Source: the human T2T-CHM13v2.0 reference genome, Homo sapiens
Strand: one strand, 5' to 3'
NCBI RefSeq assembly: GCF_009914755.1
Contig: NC_060932.1
DNA length: 64,000 bases
This document shows, one piece after another, positions 18,214 through 30,970 of this stretch. The notes under the pieces were generated by a model. That model ran no database searches. It was not told where the DNA came from and was given only the letters and a program-made list of their open reading frames with translations. Position 1 is the first letter of the stretch. The number at the start of each line of letters is the position of its first letter. Made by a program: the position numbers and the translations under genes.

Positions 18214-18592
18214 TTTTTTTAAATATTTAAGTTCTGGGATACATGTGCAGAACATGGTGGTGTGTTACATAGGTATACATGGGCCATGGTGGTTTGCTGC
18301 ACCTATCAACCCGTCATCTACATTAGGTATTTCTACTAATTCTATCCCTCCCCTAGTCCCCCACCCCCTGACAGGCCCAGGTGTGTGATGTTCCCCTACC
18401 AGTGTCCATGTGTTCTCATTGTTCGACTCCCACTTATGAGTGAGAACATGTGATGTTTGGTTTTCTGTTCCTGTGTTAGTTTTCTGAGAATGATGGTTTC
18501 CAGCTTCATCCATGTCGCTGTGAAGGACATTAACTCATCCTTTTATATGGCCGCATAGTATTCCATGGTGTATATGTGCCACATTTTCTTTA
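18180..18592 (-). mobile_element. L1PA (about L1PA7) 5'-truncated 3' end with (TTTC)n-converted tail
   Basis: AAGTTCTGGGATACATGTGCAGAAC...CCATGGTGGTTTGCTGCACC...CCCACTTATGAGTGAGAACATG. Confidence 0.93.
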
Positions 18593-18745
18593 GCAATTGT
18601 TTCTGATTATTAAAATAAAACTATACTTTTATTGGTATTATGTGGAGTTATTATACCATAGGCTGTGCATAAACATACATATTAAAACTCAATCTTATGT
18701 ACATTTCTAGTTATCTTTGTGTTACATTCAGTATAAGTTCACAAG

Positions 18746-19256
18746 GTAGGTAGTGCAAATGAGCAGAAAAACATTTCCATACATTGATAATCATGATTGT
18801 CAAAAGACAAAAACTATTTGCAGTGTCGCATTGTGGTTAGGAATTAATTTTAGAGACAGATCATTTGAGTTTAAATCTTAGGTTTAATTTTATTGTCCCA
18901 CCTACTAGCTATGAGATACAGGGCAATTACTTAACTTCTCTGATCCCCGAATTTCTGATCTCCAAAATTTAGGTAGGAGAAATACTTAACTCATTGGGCT
19001 GTTATGAAGTTTAAATGGGTTATTATTTTAAAAATATCTTAAAATCATTCACTGAAGATACCAAGTATTATATGTGTCTTAAATTAATTTTAAATTCTAA
19101 GAAAAATAATATGTAAGTATTACATAAGAGTAAATTTCCTTGGGTAGCTTGAAAAATTTTTGAAGATGACTCCTCTACATTTTGGACATTTTACAAGAGT
19201 CATACTTTGTTTTATTAGAATAATAAAGGAAACACTAGAATTTGCCAGCTGCTTGC
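18746..19256 (+). repeat. Copy 1 of a local ~510-bp direct duplication (contains a MIR)
   Basis: Aligns by eye end-to-end with 22713-23219, from GTAGGTAGTGCAAATGAG to CAGCTGC. Confidence 0.95.
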
Positions 19257-19259
19257 AAT

Positions 19260-20060
19260 CAAAGAATATATTTTGGTTGATTACAATCTTTCGATTTTTA
19301 TCTCTATATTTTGATGTAGTTTACGCTGAGTTTTGTGTTTTATGTGCTTGAAAAGTGTTTATTGCATATTCATGGTAAAAGCTCTGTGTATATTAAAAGG
19401 TAAATTTTATTAGTAACATTGCAAGCTCATTTATATTTTTACTGACATTTCTGCAAATTCTGTGTACCTCTAATAGGAGTGTTTAAATCACCTTATATAG
19501 TAATTTTTTCTTTTCTTCTTTTTAATTAACTTTTGCTTTATTGTTGTTTGCTTTATATACTTGGAAACAAGCTATTAAATGCAGAAATTTTAGAATGGAT
19601 GGAGTAAATCTTTCAACAATATAAATAATCTTCTTAATCTCTAGTGATTAAATTTCCTTGGTATGTCTTATATAGTATCATAATATAGATATATTAACCT
19701 TCTTTTGGATAATTAATTTCAATTATTTTTATCTTAATTTTTTTGCATGCCACATCTTTTGTATTGATTATGCACAGTCTACACTTGAGTATTATTTATT
19801 TAGCAATTTGATTGTAACTAGAGTATTTCATGCATTTATACTTACTCTAGTCTTTAACTTATTAAGTGCTTTAAATTTGTGCCACCTGATTTTTATACAT
19901 GCTTTCTCATTTCTTGAATATTTTGAATAATTATTTTGAAATTTCCTGTTTTTCTTGTGTTTAGTAATTTTCTAGAAATTAAAATTTTTAACCTTATTTT
20001 AGCAAATACAAATATTAATTGGCAATTTTACACTTGTCAACAGAAAATATCAGAGACCTA
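19260..20060 (-). mobile_element. Very old L1M ORF2 fragment
   Basis: T-rich reverse L1 character (GGAGTGTTTAAATCACC, TTTGCTTTATATACTTGGAA); heavily diverged. Confidence 0.5.
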
Positions 20061-20071
20061 GGATACTTTAA

Positions 20072-20461
<390 letters not shown>

Positions 20462-21402
20462 TAAGGATGGTACAGTCCGCAAGATGAATGTTACTATGTT
20501 GACTACATAAACATACACGTACAAACTGCCTCAAGCTCATTAATACATTGCTACTTCTAGCAACATAATACTTTTTTTAATCAAAGTAGCAAAACAAAAC
20601 AAAAATATAAATCCTTCATGTGTGAACTCAATTTTTAGTATTACATACTCTATATTAGAATATTGAATTATATATTTATTATATAATATATAATAAAAGA
20701 GAGATAATTTTAACACCATATTGTACTATAGTTTGGTTTTTCCAAGAAACTTTTCTTTTCCAATTTATGTTATTAGTACTATTCTCTCCATTTCACTCAG
20801 AATTCACATTTGATACCTCTAATCCTCAATACCTTGCACCTAAGGAAGTGGTGAAATTCTTCTAGGTTAACTATTATTTATTTGTCAAAATTTTTTTTCT
20901 ATTAATTTGTTCCCAGTCTTCCTTTGTTCAAAAGTTGAATTTGTTTTTGCATGATATAGTAAAAATTCATTGCCTGGAGAATTTGTTGGCTTGTCTTTAC
21001 AAATTAGCAAATACTTCTTGTCTGTGAGAAAAGAAATTTCAAAAAGAACATTCTACTTTTGTTGTAGTATAAACAGTGGTACTCTGCTATAGTATAATGA
21101 GATGTCATTAAATTAATTTTAGGAAAATTATTGGAAAAGCTTAATTTTTACAAAGGTCGGAAAGATTGTAATGTTACAGTTGTTCTGTTTCATTACGACC
21201 CCAAGACTTACAACAAAAATCTTACGAAAGTGTTCCACAGGTGTACTTTAAAATAAAATACTAGTCTTCTTGTCTAAAATTTAAGTGATTTCAATTGTGT
21301 GGTATGCAATATGTTCGTAGTAAACAATTCAAGTAGCACAGAAAAGTATTCATGAAAAAAGTAAAATTGCCTGGGTATCCATTTCTGGAGATAAACACAA
21401 TA

Positions 21403-21407
<5 letters not shown>

Positions 21408-21463
<56 letters not shown>

Positions 21464-21485
21464 TACACGCATACACACGCACACA
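21408..21485. repeat. Compound (TC)n(CA)n microsatellite
   Basis: Read directly. Confidence 0.95.
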
Positions 21486-22712
21486 GAGAACTATGTGTGG
21501 ATACAGCTTTGTAATTTTGGGACATATTGCCACATTGTTGGGAGGGTATGTTTCAGTGTTTCTTCTGTTTCCTCAGGTAAGGTATTTGGTTCTCCTTCAT
21601 GAACATAAGCAGAAATACCATTGTTTGGTAACTTGCTTTGCATGCATAGAAGTCTGGAAAAAGGGCAATCATTTTGCTACTATAGATTGCTGCTGAAAGC
21701 GTGTCATGAGACACTCTCTCTCTGACACCACTACTCATGGTGTCGGAGAGTAGCTACAAATCCTCGATCACAATGGCTTCCTGAGTTTTTCAGATTAATT
21801 TTCATCATGGCAGCATCTAAGAACAATGATCTGTAGAGAAGCAACAGGAGACAAAATCAAGAACCTAGAGAAAGTAATAGCTGAATCGATGAACAGCAAG
21901 ATCATCAAATCAAGGAGAGAAAGTGGGTCAGACATAAATATGGAGGTCTATGGACTTGAAAGGAAGATGGAACAATACATACACGAGAAACCAGAAGAGT
22001 AGAACGTGTCTTAGAGATTTAGAAATATTAGTAATAGAAAATCAAAATTACTTAAGAAAAGAATATGGAACAATTAACTAAAAGTACACCATATTATTTC
22101 TGTAAGTAGCAGGTTACATGTTCCACTCCAACATTGGGAATTAAGTTTGTGACCCTAGAATTTCATGGGCTATCAATGAGAATTAGAGGGAAGGGAGAAT
22201 GGAGGCAAATGAAGCAAGAAACAGCAAAACATACTGGAAAATGTTGCATTTTTGTAAGAAGATCCAAAAAATCTAATGAAACACTTTACAGTTACATAAA
22301 ACATCTTTCTAAATTGTTTTAATTGATTTTTTTAGCAGAAAATGTCAGGCTGTACTTTTCCTGATGCTGAGTGTGAACTTCACTCAATTATAAGCTCAAG
22401 TGTCAGAATGAAATTTATTTAGACATAATATTTAAAATTTAAACAAGTAGAATAGTCTATCCATTCAACCATTCATTCACTTATTCATTCAAAATTATTT
22501 ATTGAGAGCCAGATGATGCTGGGTTCTGCAGACCATTTTAAGGAATTCAGCTTTATCACTGGGTGTGAATTTTGCCATGCAAAGGAAGGAATATAGATTT
22601 ATTTTTGTCCTTGTTAGGAAACCATGGTAACATTTTCATTCATTCAGTAACATAGTTTGTCAATATTTAAAATAGCTTTCTCAAGTGCATTTGAAAGGAA
22701 TAAGAAAAGAGA

Positions 22713-23219
22713 GTAGGTAGTGCAAATGAGTATAAGAACATTTCCATATACCGATAATCGTGATTGTCAAGAGACAATAACAGTTTGCCATGTGGCACTG
22801 TGGTTAGGAGTAATTCCAGAGACAGATCATTTGAGCTTAAATCTTGTTTAATTTTATTGTCGTATATACTAGCTATGAGATACAGGGCAATTACTTAACT
22901 TCTCTGATCCCCGAATTTCTGATCTCCAAAATTTAGGTAGGAGAAATACTTAACTCATTGGGCTGTTATGAAGTTTAATGGGTTATTATTTTTAAAAAAT
23001 CTTCAAGTCATTCACTGAAGATACTATTATATAAATTTGTCTTAAATTAATTTTAAATTCTAAAAAAAAAACCACATAAGTGTTATGTAAGAGTAAATTT
23101 GCTTGTGTAACTTGAAAAGTTTTTAAAGATGACTCCTCTGTACTGTGGACATTTTACAAGACTCATACTTTGTTTTATTAGAATGATGAAGGAAATACTA
23201 GAATTCATCAGCTGCCTGC
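22713..23219 (+). repeat. Copy 2 of the local ~510-bp direct duplication (contains a MIR)
   Basis: Aligns with 18746-19256. Confidence 0.95.
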
Positions 23220-24011
23220 CTGCCTGTGATATAAATAGCTTTCATAAATGTAATAAGAATAATCTTCATATTATAAATATTTTCCATTGACATAGCATAA
23301 TTTTTTTATTTAAATATGTTTAGATATGAACATATTTATTATATAGAACAATGCTAACATATATTCAAGTGTAAAAAATAGTAAAATATTATTTTTATTT
23401 ATGTGTTTGGATGTTAAAATAACCATTGAAATTTATTTTTGTATGTAAAACATAAAAGCATGAAAATATATAAAATATAAAATTATTATACAAATAATAT
23501 GTTAACTCAAAATGCCACTGTGATGGCAAAAAGAAACTGTGATTTTTTTTCAAAAATTATATGATGAAGATATGATCAACTTACTTCCTTTCTTCCCAGA
23601 TAATTAAAACCAAAATCAGGATATTATATTTTTTGCTGCCTTTTAGTAGAAACTATTTCTTTATTAAGCAATTCATAAGTCATTATACTTCTCATATTTT
23701 TTTGTTATATTTAAATTAAAATTTCTATATCATTGAAATATCAATTAAAATTTCTCAGTTCTTTCATAGGTTAAATTCTTGATTCATTAAAAATGGTTGT
23801 AATATAATCAGAAGGATTTTTTTTTTTATTTTAGATATAGAAGTACTTTCCTTAAAGTTAAAGATTAAAATAAAGTTAGTTTCTGGAAATCTGTATCTCC
23901 ATATACTGAAATTGTTCATAAAGTCATTCTTGTAAATTGATGTTATTCTTAACAAAATTTTACATGCATAGGCGGGCTTTCTCTATTCATATTTATTTTC
24001 ATTATATAACC

Positions 24012-24019
24012 AGATAGAC

Positions 24020-24050
<31 letters not shown>

Positions 24051-24068
24051 TAGTTTGATAGATAGATA
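24012..24068. repeat. (GATA)/(GACA) tetranucleotide repeat
   Basis: Read directly. Confidence 0.9.
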
Positions 24069-24394
24069 ATTCCTTATTCTGAATGACATTCACTTACGGC
24101 TTTTTACTTATGGAAATTTAGCCAAAATGTATCTCAGAGAGTGATGACATTCATAGACTCTTTGGACTACCTTGAGATAACTCTAGATTATCAACTAATT
24201 CTGCTAATGGGGTCCTTGAGATCTAAAATGATACAGGTAATGTGCTCAGTAATGAGATTCCTATGAAAATCAGTCTATGTTGAGTAGAGAACAACTTGAC
24301 TTTTCAAGATCACTCTAAGATATCTAGTCCTAGAAATACATTTCATTAGATGAAATATTAACAGTTTCTGAGGTAGTTCTAATAAATATAGTCC

Positions 24395-25915
24395 TGCTTT
24401 TGTTATGGCTGAATAACTCCTAACAAATTAGCCCTCTCGCAGGTGATAACTACAAACTCTGGACAAATTCTTAAAAAGAGTAATTTTAGGGAATTATATG
24501 ATGAACAAGAGGAAACAAATTTTGGAGGTAGTGTCAATGCTTTAAAAAAAATATTGGATGATAAGAGAAACATGTTTTATGGTGTCTGCTATGAGAACAG
24601 GCCACAGTCTGGTATACAGCAAAACAATGAAAAGCATACTAATTGAAAATAAAAATGTATTAGATGAATTAAATATTAGCATATATATCACATGAGAGAT
24701 GCCTTATGAACTCTAGCGTCGTTCTGAAGAAATCAAATTAAACTCAGTGAAGAAAGAGGATAAAATACAAATGTAAAAGAGAAAAAAAGAGAATGAGGTT
24801 GGATAGAACTTTTACTTCAGGATAAGCTGCAGAGACATGGCGCTTCTACTAGAAAAAAGCTATGGGTGAATTAAAAATTGACAGGGAAGAACTTTCCCTT
24901 GGTAGATCTCTTACTAGAACCTCCTATCTCTTGGAAGATACCATTAAGATACTTTATGCTGCTTTTGGATACAAAATATGAGGAACCCAAGATTAAAAAG
25001 AAAAATAAAAGTCTAGTCAAACAAAAGCAAGCAAATGGAAAAAAAAAATGTAAAAACAATGGAGCGCTGTTAGGAGGAAATGTTTCAGAAAATAAAGGGA
25101 GAACAAATTATTTAAAAAGTCCATGTAACTAAAGTGGATATATAACAGCTATAATGAGAAAAATATATACAACGTCCTGCATAAACATAGACACAAAAAC
25201 CCGTTGATGATATTAACAAATTATAAATATATAATTATAAAATATATATGACAATATGTAAGAAGTAGGATACAGTCTCAAACATTTCAATGGCAAGTAA
25301 ACTATCCTACAATTAACATGACTCAATAGAAAAAGATCGAATTATATTTCTCTCAGATCAGGAATATGACAAGTATGATCTCTCAGATCAGGAATATGAC
25401 AAGTATGATCACTCTTATCAATTCTACTAAAGCCTCGTACTGGAGAGACCATCCAGTGCAAAAAGGCTAGAAAAACAAATGAAAGTCATAAACATATGAA
25501 AGAAATAAAATTATCTCTATATGCATATTGCTTACATAGAACAAAATCTGAAAGAAATGTCTAATAGAACTAATAAGTGAATTTAACACAGTCCAGAAAA
25601 AGTTAATATATAGAAATCAATTGTATTTTTATTTTACTAAAAGATGTAAAATTTAAAAAATTTATTGAGAATAGCACCTAAAAAACAAACAAAAATGGTA
25701 GCCCAGAAACACATTTTATAAAAGATGTGGAACATCTCTACTTGAAGTGAAAATTATAAAATATTGCTGACAAAATTTTTAAAAGATCTAAATAAATAGA
25801 TACACCATTATTGGCAGATTTAATATTGTGAAGATAACAATCCTTTCCAAATTGAATTACAGAGTCATAGCAATGAAAATCCAAAGTCAAGCTGACTCTT
25901 CTCCAAGATCATTTT
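24395..25915 (+). mobile_element. Old L1M fragments (5' region and ORF2)
   Basis: ACTACAAACTCTGGACAAA; CTCAGATCAGGAA; TAGAACTAATAAGTGAATTTA; TTAATATTGTGAAGAT. Confidence 0.6.
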
Positions 25916-25936
25916 GTAAGTGTGCAGAGTTTTATT

Positions 25937-27722
<1,786 letters not shown>

Positions 27723-27724
27723 AT

Positions 27725-28545
27725 TGTCAAATTGATTTTAAAATTTACACTGACATTCACAGGACCTAGAACAGAAATAGTAAAACAAGAATAATAACAT
27801 TGGAGAATTTACTACTTGCTTTAATGTCTTAATTAAAAGTTACAATAATCAACCTACTGTGATATGGTAGAAGGGTAGAATAATGGATTAATAGAATACA
27901 GTAGGTTACCTAGAAGTGGACCTATAAAAGTTTCTTGCAAAAATGTCAAGGCAATTAAAGGAGAAAAAGAAAATATTTGTCACAAATGGGTATGAAATAA
28001 CTGGATAACTGTGTGCGAAGGGCAAGGAGAAGTAGACATAGTTACCTTATGCCTTATAAAAATTAAACGAAATAATTTCCTAAACATACACTGAAAACAC
28101 AGAAGAAACTTTTTGTAACCTTAGTATAGTCTTCTTTTAAAGATTACTTACTAGAAAAGCAAATAAAAATAAATAAATTAGACTTTGTCCAAATTTATAA
28201 TCTTTATTGTGTAAAAATTTTATTTAAAAATATTTTTTAAGTAACTAGGGTAATATGATGGATATGAGGGTGAGGTGATGGCTATGTTAATTATCTTGAT
28301 TGTGGAAGTCATTTCAAAATGTATATGTATATCAAAACATCACATTTATGCCTTAAATTTATATATTTTTGTTTTTCATTTATATCTCAATAAAGCTGGA
28401 AAGGAAGATTAAAAAAATCCAAAGTCTAATAAAAATGGGCAAAAATACTGAACAGACATTTTAAAAAAATGACCTATAATCATATAAAATGATGTTCAAT
28501 ATTGTTAATCTTCAAGAAAATAAAAATTAAAACCCCGTCCCAAAA
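27725..28545 (+). mobile_element. Continuation of old L1M ORF2, with an L1MA/MB 3' tail at about 28270-28400
   Basis: AAATTGATTTTAAAATTTA...GGACCTAGAA; GGTGATGGCTATGTTAATTATCTTGATTGTGG...CTCAATAAAGCTGG. Confidence 0.65.
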
Positions 28546-28623
28546 TATGTTGGAAAAAGTCCTTGAAGGGAAATCTGAAAAGCAAGAAAAATAGGGAACA
28601 AAGGTAACGGGTTAATAGATTGC

Positions 28624-29042
28624 TGTAACCCCCTACAGAAGTAGGATGAACAACCACCCAAAATTTGCTTTAGATGTCAAGACTGATGATCACACACACA
28701 CACACACACACACATGCTCACAAACACAATCTCACCACCTCTTGAGGGTATGCAAAAGTTCAGAACAGGCTTCGCATGATGGTCCAAAAGTTTCTTAAGA
28801 AAGAAAGGACTAAAAATTGACTTGGAATTTTTATTATGTTAAGGATTAAGGGTGATGGTGATAGTTTCTGTGTACAGGTGGGGGCTTGTAGGTTTCAATC
28901 TCTTGCTCAGTGCCAACGGAAGGAACACCTGAGAATTCTTTTCATTTTTCCCCTGGTATGTGGCATAGGGCAGGAGGAAGGAGTGAGGATTAAAACCTGT
29001 TAGAACTCAGACATCAAACTACAAAGTCAGACTCTTATTGCA
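28624..29042 (-). mobile_element. ERV1 solo LTR, MER72/LTR47-like, with internal (CA)n
   Basis: TGTAAC...GTCAGACTCTTATTGCA termini; reverse complement starts TGCAATAAGAGTCTGAC. Confidence 0.65.
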
Positions 29043-29792
29043 GAATCAATATGTCAAATTACACAATTAAATCATAAAATGATATCAAAATATATAATTT
29101 ATGAAATAATACAAATCTCAGATACGAACATCAGTCACAAATAATTTTGGAGCCCAGTCAATGTGATAAAGCCTTCCAAGGTCCATGTAAATACTATTTG
29201 AAAAGTCTTTGTTAAATATGTAGAAAGCTGTCTATTGTAGCTTTTCTAGAAATGAAATAGAATGTGTTACTTCAAAGTAAAGTAGGAAAAAGAGAAGAAA
29301 GAAGTAAGCATCCAAAGGTTTATCAATCAAAATAGTACAAATAATACATTAATGGATTAAAAATATGCCATGAAAATAAAAGGTACAAACTGATTTGTGT
29401 GTCATAAGTATTAATATATAAAAATCAATAAATCTAAATACACTAAAACACACAGAAAAGGTATTTAACTAGTTAATAAGAAATGAATCTATGATGTTTA
29501 CAAGAGACAAACAAATGAATAGTTGAATGAATATGAATAAATAAATACTCATATGAATGAACAAATAAGAAACATGAAAAAACTTTGATTAAAAAATATA
29601 ATGGCCAATAGAAGAACCATAAACGTATAGATCTAAACCTAAAAATACTTGATTCAAGAGAACAAAGATAATTACATAATAAGAGAAGTTTCAATTGACT
29701 AGAAAATAATAATAATTAAATAATTACATGTAATTAAAACATAGCCTCAAAATACACAAAACAAATATTGATGTCATTGCAAGAAAAGAGTT

Positions 29793-30071
29793 GGCCAGGC
29801 GTGGTGGCTCACAGCTGTAATTCCAGCACTTTGGGAGGCTGAGGTGGGTGGTTCACCTGAGGTTGGAGACTAGCCTGGGCAACATGGTGAAATCCCACCT
29901 CTACTAAAAATACAAAAATTTGCTGGATGTGGTGGCATGTGTCTGTAGTCCCAGCTACTCAGGAGGAGGCTGAGGCAGGAGAATTTCTTGAGCCTGGGGA
30001 GCGGAGGCTGCAGTAAGCAGAGGTTGCACCACTGCACTCCAGCCTGGGCAACAGAGTGAGAGTCTATCTCA

Positions 30072-30120
<49 letters not shown>
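29793..30120 (+). mobile_element. Diverged Alu (AluJ/S) with a 48-nt pure poly(A) tail
   Basis: GGCCAGGCGTGGTGGCTCAC start; A run at 30073-30120; TSD AAAAGAGTT on both sides. Confidence 0.95.
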
Positions 30121-30123
<3 letters not shown>

Positions 30124-30629
30124 TTAACAATGGGGGTTTTGAAAAACCCTTTACTATCAGAAATTTTTGTAGCTCAAGCTGAAAAAGATTTGTTTCTTTT
30201 TTGAGCATTGTAGCTCGAGCTGACGAATATTCAGAAAGCAAATAGAAACATTTAGACAGTCAATTAACAAATATGATTTAATTGCTGTGTAACACTTCTG
30301 CCAAAATTTGGATAATTCATATCGATTTCTAGCATCCATTAAATGTTTACAAAATCGACCATGTATTAAGACATGGTCTTAATATTAAGCTAGAAAACCA
30401 ACAAATTTTAAGTCATCTTTATCAAGGAGCATATTTTCTATCATAGTTAAATTAAGAAATAAATAATTAGAGTTAAACATTATAAACTCCTGAAATTAAA
30501 AATCTTATATACTATATAGTTGTTGTTCACCCCAACTCAATACTGGTAAAAGAGAGTAAAATGATGCTTGTAGGGATACGTACTGCCCTATGCACAATAT
30601 TAGAGAAGAATAAAAGGAAGAATAATAAT

Positions 30630-30970
30630 TATTCCCTTTTCCTATTTTATTTTGAATCTTTTTCATTTATAGAAAAGTTATACTATACAACTTTTGTATA
30701 TATTTAACAAATTCTTTTCAGAGTGTTTACATGGACCTTGGAAGACTTGAACTCTGTTTACTCCAAAATTATTTGTGACTGATGTTCACATCACAGCTGA
30801 GCTTTATATCATTTCATAAATTTACATATTTTGATATTATTTTATACTTTAATTGTGTAATTTGCCATATTGATTCTGCAAAAAGAGCCTGACTTTGTAG
30901 TTGTTGAGTGCTAACAGATTTTAATCCTCACCCCTCCCTCCTGCCCTATGCCCCACACCTGGGGCAAAGA
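30630..30970 (-). repeat. Inverted local copy of about 28945-29296
   Basis: CTCCAAAATTATTTGTGACTGATGTTC is the reverse complement of GAACATCAGTCACAAATAATTTTGGAG; the homology crosses the LTR/flank junction. Confidence 0.9.

Noticed and set aside
23230-23960. Extremely AT-rich tract as a matrix-attachment or unwinding element
   Set aside because: Composition alone is not diagnostic in a window that is AT-rich throughout
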